In this document: positions 17,757-26,799 of the stretch, one piece after another
How positions within the stretch are numbered: the first letter of the stretch is position 1
Layout: each line of letters starts with the position of its first letter
NCBI GenBank assembly: GCA_003056165.1
Contig: LSNR01000014.1
Span: 6,408-70,407 of the forward strand
DNA: 64,000 nt
Origin: Parcubacteria group bacterium M6-OD1-3
GTDB taxonomy: Bacteria > Patescibacteriota > Minisyncoccia > Moranbacterales > UBA9337
Direction of reading: 5' to 3'
Notes under the pieces: generated by a model
What the model was told of the DNA's origin: nothing
The model's database searches: none
What the model saw: only the letters and a program-made list of their open reading frames with translations
Made by a program: the position numbers and the translations under genes

Positions 17757-19046
17757 TTATCTTCCAATGCCCTTGTAAATGACATTGAATTTTTTGATGT
17801 TGTTTTTATTTAGGCAATTTTTTCCATCAATAATCACTTTTACGCCGTTTTCTTTTAAGAGTTTTCCGTCGATAGTTTTAAATTCTTTATGATCTGTTAC
17901 TAAAATAATAGCATCTGATTTTTCTAGAAGTGTTTTTAATGATTTACAGGTGGATTTGTTTTTTAAATAAGGGTCAAAAGAGATTATTTCAGCTTTGTGT
18001 TTTTTGAGGGCATTAACAATTTCGTAATAAGGTGATTCGCGGTCATCGTCGACATTCGATTTGTAGGCAATGCCGGCAAGTCCGACAACGGTTCCGTTTA
18101 ATGGCATTTTTATTTCATTGAGTTTGTCTTGCAGTAATTCAACTGTATATTCCGGCATAGAATTATTTATTGTTCGAGATGTACGAAGAAATTTATGGTC
18201 AAATCCGGCTTGTTTGGCACGTTCAATTAGATAATAAGGGTCAACCGGAATGCAATGTCCGCCAATCCCACAGGAGGGATAATGTGCCATAAATGAAAAA
18301 GGTTTTGTTGCAGCTCCATCAATAACATCTTTGACATCAATATTCATCGCATCAAATGATTTTGCTAACTCGTTTACAAAAGCAATATTGATATCTCGAA
18401 AAGAATTTTCTACAACTTTACAAGCCTCTGCTTCGCGAATATGTTTCATCGGTTTTATTTTTCCATCAACAATCGACTCATAAAAACTCTGTGCTTTTTG
18501 CAAACCTTTTTTTGTAAACGCACCGACGACACGCGGAATATTTGTGACATTCCATTTTGGATCGCCGGGATTTATTCTTTCCGGGCAATGAGCGATGAAA
18601 ACATCTTGACCGATTTTATGTTTATGTTTTTCAAAAATTGGACGAACGACTTCTTCCGATACGCCTGGATTGACAGTTGATTCCAAGACAACAAGAGCTC
18701 CCTTTTTTAAATTTCCAGCAACCATTTCGCAAGCATTGCGAACTGGAGCAAGATTTGGATTATGAAAAGAATCAACCGGAGTAGGGACACAAATTAAAAC
18801 AATGTCTGCCTTTTTAATCTCTCGTTCATTTGTAGTGGCTTTGATTGGGAAAAGAGGAATTTTTTCTTTTAAAAAAGCATCTTCAATCGGTGATATTTTT
18901 TTATTAATTAATTCAACTTTATTCTTATCTAATTCAAGACCAATAACATCGTAACCTTGTTCTTTAGCTCGAATCGCTAACGGTAATCCTACATAGCCTA
19001 AACCGATGATACAAACAGTTTCTTTCTTTGAGTTTTTAGTTGACAT
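17757..19046 (-). CDS. nucleotide-sugar dehydrogenase (UDP-glucose/GDP-mannose dehydrogenase family; WecC/TviB-like)
   Basis: N-terminal NAD-binding CIIGLGYVGLPLA and the catalytic Cys region (FDAMNIDVKDVIDGAATKPFSFMAHYPSCGIGGHCIPVDP). Confidence 0.8.
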   Translation of the reverse strand: MSTKNSKKETVCIIGLGYVGLPLAIRAKEQGYDVIGLELDKNKVELINKKISPIEDAFLKEKIPLFPIKATTNEREIKKADIVLICVPTPVDSFHNPNLAPVRNACEMVAGNLKKGALVVLESTVNPGVSEEVVRPIFEKHKHKIGQDVFIAHCPERINPGDPKWNVTNIPRVVGAFTKKGLQKAQSFYESIVDGKIKPMKHIREAEACKVVENSFRDINIAFVNELAKSFDAMNIDVKDVIDGAATKPFSFMAHYPSCGIGGHCIPVDPYYLIERAKQAGFDHKFLRTSRTINNSMPEYTVELLQDKLNEIKMPLNGTVVGLAGIAYKSNVDDDRESPYYEIVNALKKHKAEIISFDPYLKNKSTCKSLKTLLEKSDAIILVTDHKEFKTIDGKLLKENGVKVIIDGKNCLNKNNIKKFNVIYKGIGR

Positions 19047-19319
19047 ATTTTTTTAAATTAAATTCATTATATTTCGATAATAATATACTATATCTTTAAA
19101 ACAAATATTGCAATGAAATAATTGATATTGATAATTTTTTGACAAAATGCTTTTAATTTGACATTGTTAAATAAGCTATTGATTATACGAACTAAGGTTT
19201 TTAGTTATGCAAATTACTTTAAGCAATATTATAGTTATTGACAAAATATTATTATCTTGCTACTCTAAAGTTAAGGTATATTTGAATTTTAGAGTAATTG
19301 AACAAACTAAGTTAAACTT

Positions 19320-20567
19320 ATGTATATTAAGCGAAAAATAGAAGCAGAAATTAAAGAATATTTACATACGGAAGAAATATTGGCTCTTATAGGCCCACGA
19401 CAATCAGGAAAAACAACTGTTCTGAAGAAAGTTTTTAATGAGCTTACCAAAAGTAATAAATTAAAAAACGGCGCTAATTTCATTAGCTTTGAAGATAGAG
19501 AAGCTTTATCGTTATTTAATTCTGATATAAGAAATTTTGCAGAAACCTATATTCAAGGGAATGATTATTTATTCATTGATGAGTTTCAGTATGCAAGAGA
19601 AGGAGGAAAAAACTTGAAATATTTATTTGATTCTTTTGATACTAAAATAGTCATTTCAGGATCTTCAGCCATAGACTTAACGATTGAGGCTTTAAAATTT
19701 TTAGTCGGTAGGGTGTTTATTTTAGAAATGCATCCATTTGACTTTGAAGAATTTTTGCTGTTTAAAGATAAAAATTATCATCGATTATACTTGAAAAATA
19801 AAATTGATTTTTTAAGTACAAAATTTTCTATTAATAACTCGTTTGCTCCAGAACAAGTCAATATTTTCAGAAATTATTTTGAAGAATATGCTATTTGGGG
19901 CGGTTATCCTCGGGTAATTTTGGCAAAGAATAGAAGCGAAAAAGAAGTCGTTTTAAAAAATATTTATAATACTTATTTTTTACGAGAAGTAAAAACTTTA
20001 ATGGATATTGCTAACGATTATCAGCTGGAGAAGATGATAAAAATACTTGGATTGCAAATTAGCAATTTGGTAGAATATGAGAACCTCGGCAATGAAATTG
20101 ATATTTCTTTTGAAACTTTGAAAAAATATATTAATTTTTTAGAGAAAACTTACATTTGTAAATTAATAAGGCCATTTTATAAAAACAAAAGAAAAGAAGT
20201 CGTTAAAATGCCGAAAATATTTTTTTCTGATACAGGGTTGCGAAATATGGTTGTCAATGATTTTAGATTGCTTGATGAAAGGGTTGATGCTGGTGAGCTG
20301 TTAGAGAATGCCGTTTGGATGCAACTAAATAGGCAAGGGATAGATATGCAATATTGGCGTGATAAAAATAAAAATGAAATAGATTTGATTTTAAGTTTGA
20401 AAGAACAAAGAACGCTGGCAATTGAAGTTAAGAAAAATATAAAAAGATGCAAAGAAGCTCCAGTAGCATTCAGTAAATCACATCCAGATGTGGAAACATT
20501 CTGTGCCTATCTAGATAGTAATAAAGGTGTAAAGTTTAAAAAAAGTATTTTAATTCCAACATTATAA
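19320..20567 (+). CDS. AAA+ ATPase with DUF4143-type C-terminal domain
   Basis: Walker A LIGPRQSGKTT, Walker B LFIDEFQ. Confidence 0.65.
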   Translation: MYIKRKIEAEIKEYLHTEEILALIGPRQSGKTTVLKKVFNELTKSNKLKNGANFISFEDREALSLFNSDIRNFAETYIQGNDYLFIDEFQYAREGGKNLKYLFDSFDTKIVISGSSAIDLTIEALKFLVGRVFILEMHPFDFEEFLLFKDKNYHRLYLKNKIDFLSTKFSINNSFAPEQVNIFRNYFEEYAIWGGYPRVILAKNRSEKEVVLKNIYNTYFLREVKTLMDIANDYQLEKMIKILGLQISNLVEYENLGNEIDISFETLKKYINFLEKTYICKLIRPFYKNKRKEVVKMPKIFFSDTGLRNMVVNDFRLLDERVDAGELLENAVWMQLNRQGIDMQYWRDKNKNEIDLILSLKEQRTLAIEVKKNIKRCKEAPVAFSKSHPDVETFCAYLDSNKGVKFKKSILIPTL

Positions 20568-20571
20568 ATTT

Positions 20572-21540
20572 ATGTTAGTTGATGATGTAACAATTGAAGT
20601 TAGTGCTGGAAAAGGTGGCGATGGAATGTCGACTTTTTCAAAAGTGGTAATGACGAATGGTCCAACCGGTGGTGATGGTGGTCGTGGTGGCGATATCATT
20701 GTTAAGGGTGTGGCGGACCTAGGTGCTTTACGACAATTTAAAACTAAAAAAATAGTGCGTGCCAAGAATGGACAAGGTGGTGGACAAAATACAAAAACTG
20801 GAGCAGATGGAAAAAATGGAGTGGTCTTGGTCCCAGTAGGTACTATTGTTCACAATTTGACTACAGATAAAAAATATGAAATTACAAAAATAGGTGAAGA
20901 AATTATGATCGCTAAAGGAGGAAATGGCGGTTTTGGCAATTATCATTATCGTTCCAGTCGCAATACCTCGCCTGAGCGATCAAATCCGGGTGAACCGGGA
21001 GAAAAGATTTCTGTTCGCTTGGAATTAAAGTTGATTGCTGATGTTGGTTTTATCGGCTATCCGAATGTTGGGAAGTCCAGCCTACTTAATGAACTAACTA
21101 ATGCTTCTAGTCGAGTTGCCAATTATCAATTTACAACCTTGGAACCGCATTTGGGAGTCTATTATGAGCTTATTTTGGCTGATATTCCCGGAATTATTGA
21201 AGGAGCATCAAGCGGTAAGGGCTTAGGACATAAATTTCTGCGACACATTGAACGAACTAAAGTTTTATTTCATTTTGTGTCGGCAGACAGCGAAAATCCT
21301 CTTGAAGATTACAAAATAATTCGCGCGGAGTTAGGAGAATTTAATTTGAAACTTCTAAAAAAACCAGAATGGATAATTGTCAGCAAATCCGATGAACGAA
21401 CTCCGAAAGAAATTGAAAAAATAGTGAATATTTTAAAAAAGGAAAATAAGCAAATAGAAGCACTTTCTTTATTAGATGATGATAGTATTGTTAGAATAAA
21501 GAAACTTTTGAATAAAATTAAGGATAATAAGAGTGAATAG
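20572..21540 (+). CDS. obg: GTPase Obg (short form)
   Basis: Glycine-rich Obg fold GKGGDGMSTF...GGDGGRGGDI, G-domain GYPNVGKSSLL, DIPGIIEGA. Confidence 0.85.
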   Translation: MLVDDVTIEVSAGKGGDGMSTFSKVVMTNGPTGGDGGRGGDIIVKGVADLGALRQFKTKKIVRAKNGQGGGQNTKTGADGKNGVVLVPVGTIVHNLTTDKKYEITKIGEEIMIAKGGNGGFGNYHYRSSRNTSPERSNPGEPGEKISVRLELKLIADVGFIGYPNVGKSSLLNELTNASSRVANYQFTTLEPHLGVYYELILADIPGIIEGASSGKGLGHKFLRHIERTKVLFHFVSADSENPLEDYKIIRAELGEFNLKLLKKPEWIIVSKSDERTPKEIEKIVNILKKENKQIEALSLLDDDSIVRIKKLLNKIKDNKSE

Positions 21541-21546
21541 AAATGT

Positions 21547-21957
21547 ATGGCAAAAAAGAAAGTAATGGTCTTTGGTACATTTGATATTTTTCATCCGGGT
21601 CATAAGAATTTTTTAAAACAGGCAAAATCTTTCGGAGATTTTTTAATTGTGGTGATTGCTAGAGATGAAACTGTCTTAAAAGTTAAAAAACGAAAATCGT
21701 TAAATAATGAAAAAGAGAGGTTGTTTGCTATTAAAAATAGTGGTCTGGCGGATGAGGTGGCTTTAGGTGGTTTAAAAAATAAATATGCGATTATTGAAAA
21801 ATATAAACCGGAGGTCATTTGTCTAGGCTACGATCAGAAATTTTTCATTGATGAATTGAAAGATAAATTGATGGAAATGGGATTGGATGGAATTAAAATA
21901 AGAAGATTGAAATCTTATCATCCGGAAATTTATAAATCCTCTAAACTAATAATGTAA
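21547..21957 (+). CDS. cytidylyltransferase-like (HxGH) nucleotidyltransferase, TagD/RibL-like
   Basis: VFGTFDIFHPGHKNFLKQAK (HIGH-type motif) and the fold of small nucleotidyltransferases. Confidence 0.55.
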   Translation: MAKKKVMVFGTFDIFHPGHKNFLKQAKSFGDFLIVVIARDETVLKVKKRKSLNNEKERLFAIKNSGLADEVALGGLKNKYAIIEKYKPEVICLGYDQKFFIDELKDKLMEMGLDGIKIRRLKSYHPEIYKSSKLIM

Positions 21958-21962
21958 ACTTA

Positions 21963-21988
21963 AAACCCCGGTCGTTGCCGGGGTTTTT
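21963..21988 (+). terminator. rho-independent terminator (aaccccggtcgttgccggggttttt)
   Basis: 8-bp GC stem plus a T-run. Confidence 0.8.
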
Positions 21989-22027
21989 ATATAGAAAGTG
22001 CTTTATTTTGAATTTTGTATTGACTAC

Positions 22028-22771
22028 TTAAAATTGAACATTAACTGCATATTTATGTAGATTATTCAATTGAGTATTATTCAAATTCTTTGAAGCGTCA
22101 ATAGCATTTTTTATGAGACTTTTAGAAAATTCAACTGATGTTCCAACATAAACTCTTCCATTGAAATTTGCATTTTTTCGCAAATAATCTTCAATGTAAA
22201 TTTTATGTTCAGGTGTAAGTGTAGAATCAGGATTTTTTTCTAAATAGTGCGCCAATGCTTTTCTTGCCAACTTAGTAAGACTATCTCCTTGGGAAGCACT
22301 TTCAATGAAAGAACTTTCGGTTTCTTGAGAAGGAGTTTTCTCGACTGTTTGTTCCGGAGATTGTTTTTGTTCAGAAACGGTATCCGCTTTCGGTTCCTCT
22401 GATGCACTGGCATCAGTTTCTTTGGTAGCTTCATCAGTTTCATCGGCTGGCGAATTATCATTAGACTTTTCCTCGGCAGATTTATCCGTTGTTTCTGCAG
22501 TATCAGAAACTGTCGCATCAGTTTCATCAGCTTTTTTATCTTTATCGGAAGATAAATCGCTTAAAATTTTCTCAACATCATTATTCTTATCGACGGTGGC
22601 AGTTTGTTGGTCACCTCTTTTAGAATAAGAATATATTGAGGATGCAATTAGAAAAACTATCAGAACACTTACGATAATTCGGAGATTTTCCTGAGTCCAA
22701 TTTCTAATTTTTTGTAGAGTAGTCTCATCTTGTTCATCATTCATTTCATCATTTTTAAATTCATCATTCAT
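22028..22771 (-). CDS. membrane-anchored acidic low-complexity protein (hypothetical)
   Basis: A single TM helix after an acidic N-terminus. D/E/S/T-rich linker. Conserved C-terminal 90 aa. Confidence 0.35.
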   Translation of the reverse strand: MNDEFKNDEMNDEQDETTLQKIRNWTQENLRIIVSVLIVFLIASSIYSYSKRGDQQTATVDKNNDVEKILSDLSSDKDKKADETDATVSDTAETTDKSAEEKSNDNSPADETDEATKETDASASEEPKADTVSEQKQSPEQTVEKTPSQETESSFIESASQGDSLTKLARKALAHYLEKNPDSTLTPEHKIYIEDYLRKNANFNGRVYVGTSVEFSKSLIKNAIDASKNLNNTQLNNLHKYAVNVQF

Positions 22772-22940
22772 AAGTTTTCACCTCTCTTTCTAGTTATATC
22801 ATCATCTGAGATGATGTTACTGTTAATTGTTAAGGAACAACTTACATTGAAGTTGAAAACAACTCGACCAATTTCGTATTTGTTTTTATATTGTAAATGA
22901 GCACACTTTTTTCGTCAACTAGACAAAAATCAATTTTATT

Positions 22941-23849
22941 TTATAATGTTATTTTACACATTCGCCACTTGCCAGATAAATCTTTTTTGAAATAAGTATT
23001 AGCTTGTGAAAAATATTTTTTAATTAGTTTTTCAATTGGTATTTTTTGCTCGGGAGAGATTTCGAAATAGCAAGCAGTGTGGGATAAATAATATTTAGGG
23101 AGGAGTGTTTTTAATTGTTGAAGTAATTTTTCGTAATGAGCTAGTCCAGCATTAGTACTGTATAAAGCGGATTTCGGTTCAAAGTTTTTAACATTTTTCG
23201 CGCAAGAGTTATAAATTTCGTCGGAGAGGTAAGGGAGGTTTGCAACAACTACCAGCTTTTCAATTTGTAGCTCCGTTAGTTTTTTAGGTTCTTTAAATTT
23301 GAAATTATTCAATAAGTCGCTTTGTAAAAAGGTTATTTTGTTAGTAAGATTATGTTTTTTAGCGTTTTGCTTAGCGATTTTTAAGGCAGAAGGAGAAATG
23401 TCGGTAGCGAATAGTTGGCAATTGTTAGATTGTATAGTTTTAATATTTTTGGCAATTGAAATTGCTATATTTCCGGAACCGGTACCGATATCTAATATGG
23501 TGGTGCTTTGTGCCTTGTGCCTTGTATTTTGTATTTCTCTTAAAACCTCATCAACTATTAGCTCAGTTTCTGGGCGAGGGATGAGCGTATGTTTGTTTAC
23601 TATAAAATCTAGGCCATAAAATTCTTTGTGTCTAGTAAGATAGGCAATTGGCTCGTTTTGCTGGCGTCTTTGAATTTGAGATTTAAGTTTTAAAATCTGA
23701 GTTTTAGTCAGTTTATATTCAGGATGTGCCAAAACAAACTCTCTGGACTTTCCAATCGTATCTGCCATCAAAATTTCTAAATCAGATTGATTAGTGCTAT
23801 ATTGATATTTCTGCAAAATTCTATTGATTGTATTGCTAATAATTCCCAT
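22941..23849 (-). CDS. prmC: release-factor glutamine N5-methyltransferase (HemK/PrmC) with C-terminal extension
   Basis: TLIPRPETE, SAM-binding LDIGTGSGNIAI, and an NPPY-type motif VVANLPY. Confidence 0.75.
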   Translation of the reverse strand: MGIISNTINRILQKYQYSTNQSDLEILMADTIGKSREFVLAHPEYKLTKTQILKLKSQIQRRQQNEPIAYLTRHKEFYGLDFIVNKHTLIPRPETELIVDEVLREIQNTRHKAQSTTILDIGTGSGNIAISIAKNIKTIQSNNCQLFATDISPSALKIAKQNAKKHNLTNKITFLQSDLLNNFKFKEPKKLTELQIEKLVVVANLPYLSDEIYNSCAKNVKNFEPKSALYSTNAGLAHYEKLLQQLKTLLPKYYLSHTACYFEISPEQKIPIEKLIKKYFSQANTYFKKDLSGKWRMCKITL

Positions 23850-24079
23850 AAGATAATATTTGTTAAAGAAGTTTAGTTTGTTAACAAGTTATATAGATAG
23901 TTAAACATATAAAGGACTAAATAAGCAAATTATAGATTATATTAAGTAGTTGTTTAAATTTGTTATAAGGATTATTTTTTTGTTTGACAAATTATTGTAA
24001 CACTATATAATTAAATTGAAACGATGAGGTTTAAAAAATAAGCATCGTTTTGGTTAATTAGTAAGAAAAGAATAAAAGT

Positions 24080-24448
24080 ATGACAGAAGCAACAAAAACA
24101 GATGCGGAATTCATCGAGCAAATTGTAAAGGTGCTTGTTGATAACCCAGATGCTGTAAAAGTAGAAAGAAAAGTTGATGAAATGGGAGTTCTTGTTAGCT
24201 TGGATGTTGATCCGAGTGATATGGGGATTGTCATTGGACGAGAAGGTCAAACAGCCAAAGCGCTTAGGACTCTTTTGAGAGTTATTGGAGCAAAAAATAA
24301 TGCTCGTGTAAATTTGAAAATCAATGAACCAGAAGGTTCTGAAAGAGCTCCAAGAAGTGAAGCTCCAGCTACAGAAGCTCCTACTGCAGAAGCTCCAGCT
24401 GAAAAGAAAAGTATTGATGAAGTTGTAGAAGATATTGAAAAAATGTAA
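24080..24448 (+). CDS. KH-domain RNA-binding protein (KhpA-like) with EAPA-repeat tail
   Basis: GIVIGREGQTAKALRTLLRVIG (GxxG KH motif). C-terminal APATEAPTAEAPAEKK repeats. Locally higher GC. Confidence 0.65.
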   Translation: MTEATKTDAEFIEQIVKVLVDNPDAVKVERKVDEMGVLVSLDVDPSDMGIVIGREGQTAKALRTLLRVIGAKNNARVNLKINEPEGSERAPRSEAPATEAPTAEAPAEKKSIDEVVEDIEKM

Positions 24449-24469
24449 GCTACTCTTTATTTTAAATTT

Positions 24470-24500
24470 AAACCGCCCGCTAAACGGGCGGTTTTTTTTA
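24470..24500 (+). terminator. rho-independent terminator (aaaccgcccgctaaacgggcggtttttttt)
   Basis: Perfect 7-bp GC stem plus a T8 run. Confidence 0.85.
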
Positions 24501-24586
24501 TTTTGTCAGGGGATGGTTTGTTTTTGGTTTTTTGAAATAAAAATAGCGACTTGGTCGATAGTTTATATCTGAAAGTGGTAACGTAC

Positions 24587-24614
24587 CAAGTAACGTACCA
24601 TGGTACGTTACTTG
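24587..24614. promoter_or_regulatory. perfect 28-bp palindrome caagtaacgtaccatggtacgttacttg (candidate operator), preceded by direct repeat gtaacgtacca
   Basis: Identical to its own reverse complement. Located 50 nt upstream of CIRCE. Confidence 0.4.
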
Positions 24615-24665
24615 AAAGCGAATTGAATATTTTAAAAGTAAGTTTCAAGATAGTTATTTATTTTT

Positions 24666-24692
24666 TAGCACTCGGACTTGACGAGTGCCAAG
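24666..24692 (+). promoter_or_regulatory. CIRCE operator (TTAGCACTC-N9-GAGTGCCAA), HrcA binding site
   Basis: Matches the CIRCE consensus TTAGCACTC-N9-GAGTGCTAA with one mismatch. Immediately upstream of hrcA. Confidence 0.85.
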
Positions 24693-24711
24693 AGTATGAT
24701 ATAATGCAAAT

Positions 24712-25452
24712 ATGAATACAAGACAAGAAAAAATTTTGGGAAGTATTATTGAGGAATATACGCTAAACGCCGTTCCTGTTGGTTCTAAAGTTTTGGTTGG
24801 GAAATACAAAATTGATGCCAGTTCGGCAACTATTAGAAATGAAATGGCAGAATTGGAAAAGGAAAAATATTTGTATCAACCGCACATTAGTGCCGGCAGA
24901 ATTCCTACTGATAAGGGTTATAGGTATTTCGTGGAAGAATTGATGAAAAATAAAGAATTGACAAGACGGGAGCAAAACAAAATGCAAGAAGAGCTATTAA
25001 AGTTGAAAGCTAAAAATACAAGAATGGCAAAGACAACGGCAAAGTTATTGTCGGGATTGAGTGGAAATTTGGCGGTTAGTGGGAATTTGGATAATAATGA
25101 ATTTGTTGATTTTGGGATGAAAGAACTTTTCGAGGAGCCGGAATTTCAAGGATTAGACGAAGTTTGTCGTTTGGCAGAAACACTAGATTATGTTGATGAA
25201 ATGTTTGATAAAATTATCGGAGAGATTGAAAACGGAGAAACGAAAATTTTCATCGGTGAAGAAAATCCAGTTAAAAAGTTTTCAAATTGTTCGATGATTG
25301 TGTCTCCGTATAAATTAAAATCAGGAGAAAAAGGAATATTGGCATTGATTGGTCCAAAGAGAATGAAATATGCAAGAAATAAATCGTTATTGGAATATGT
25401 TAGAAAGATATTGGGTGGAGCAGGAATGATTTTATTGGTTGTTATGGTGTAA
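24712..25452 (+). CDS. hrcA: heat-inducible transcription repressor HrcA (short, 246 aa)
   Basis: N-terminal winged-helix region ILGSIIEEYTLNAVPVGSKVL. Sits in the hrcA-grpE-dnaK context behind CIRCE. Confidence 0.75.
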   Translation: MNTRQEKILGSIIEEYTLNAVPVGSKVLVGKYKIDASSATIRNEMAELEKEKYLYQPHISAGRIPTDKGYRYFVEELMKNKELTRREQNKMQEELLKLKAKNTRMAKTTAKLLSGLSGNLAVSGNLDNNEFVDFGMKELFEEPEFQGLDEVCRLAETLDYVDEMFDKIIGEIENGETKIFIGEENPVKKFSNCSMIVSPYKLKSGEKGILALIGPKRMKYARNKSLLEYVRKILGGAGMILLVVMV

Positions 25453-25498
25453 ATATGAATTAGAATATTTAATTTAAAATTTAAAGTTAATATAATTT

Positions 25499-26407
25499 AT
25501 GAATAAAGAAAATAATAAAAAATATAAAAAGCCAAAGGCTTGGTTGATGTTGCTCACTGCTAAAGCTGTAATAGTCAATAAAAATAATGATGTTCTATTA
25601 TTAAAAAGAGCAAGTAAAGAGCGAATGCATGCTGGAAAATATGACTTGCCAGGAGGAACAATGGAGCAGGGAGAGACTGTTGAACAAGCTTTAATAAGAG
25701 AGGTTAGGGAGGAAACTGGATTAGAAATAGCTAATGCGGAATTAATAAAGATTAGTGAATATCCCGAAGGACACGAGAGATCAGATGAGTTAAAGGCATT
25801 AAGGTTTGTTGTTAAATATAATGGTGATGATTTCAAGGATGTAGTATTAAATGAAGCAGAACATACTAAATTTGAATGGTTATCGATTGATAAAGCAATT
25901 GAGAAATTATCCGATGAAGGATTTGAAAAAGAAAAAAAAGAAACTCTGATTGAAGCAAAAAAATATTTGGAAATGAAAAATAGTTTGGAGAACTGGAAGC
26001 GATGTTTAGCAGAGTTTGATAATTATAAGAAGCAACAAGAAGAAGCAAGAAAGGATACTGTGAAATATGCGACGGAAAATATTGTAATGCAGGTTCTACC
26101 AGTGATTGATAATTTTACTAGTTCAGTAGCGCATATTCCAGAAGATGAAAAAGACGGAGCTTGGGTGCAGGGAATAATGTTTATTAAAAAACAGCTAGAG
26201 GATGTTTTACGAGAGAATGGTGTAGAGGAAATTAAAGTAAAAATTGGTGATAGGTTTGATACTCAACTTTGTGAGGCGGTAGAAGACAATAGCTGTAGTG
26301 ATTGTAAGACAAAAAAGAAATTTAAGAATAAAATCAAAAAAGTTGTTTTGCAGGGATATAAAATTGGAGATAAAGTTGTGAGACCGGCGAGAGTGATAGT
26401 TGAGTAG
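25499..26407 (+). CDS. grpE: NUDIX hydrolase domain fused to nucleotide exchange factor GrpE
   Basis: N-terminal Nudix box with every GX5EX7REUXEEXGU position matched (GTMEQGETVEQALIREVREETGL). C-terminal GrpE (VLPVIDNF...GVEEIKVKIGDRFDTQLCEA...GYKIGDKVVRPARV). Confidence 0.8.
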   Translation: MNKENNKKYKKPKAWLMLLTAKAVIVNKNNDVLLLKRASKERMHAGKYDLPGGTMEQGETVEQALIREVREETGLEIANAELIKISEYPEGHERSDELKALRFVVKYNGDDFKDVVLNEAEHTKFEWLSIDKAIEKLSDEGFEKEKKETLIEAKKYLEMKNSLENWKRCLAEFDNYKKQQEEARKDTVKYATENIVMQVLPVIDNFTSSVAHIPEDEKDGAWVQGIMFIKKQLEDVLRENGVEEIKVKIGDRFDTQLCEAVEDNSCSDCKTKKKFKNKIKKVVLQGYKIGDKVVRPARVIVE

Positions 26408-26799
26408 TTCACAGTTTACGATATATATCGTCTCGGAAGACTGAATTTTACCAAGAGCAAAGCGATTGGATAAAATTCTTCTATCTCTGTCTATTAGTAG
26501 GTAGGTGTAATTTCGAAAAGGTTTAGAATAAACTTTTATTAAAGAATTTTTAAAATTTACTGAGATCACGGATAGATTATTTTTCTAATATTCGCTACTA
26601 GCTCATATTGAAAAATATATCTTCCGAGATGACAGGCGTTAACCGAGATGATAGGCATTGATTGAGATCACACGCTAGGACCGACAGACAGATGCTGGGA
26701 ACGAAGAAAAATGGAGATTTAAAATTTAAATAAATTAATAAATAATTTAAAATAATCATTGTCTAGTGATTACTAATCATTATTCAATGATAAAAAAAT

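Noticed and set aside
24457-24648. 63-aa minus-strand ORF between the KhpA-like gene and hrcA
   Set aside because: It overlaps the terminator hairpin and the 28-bp palindrome. No RBS and no coding signal.
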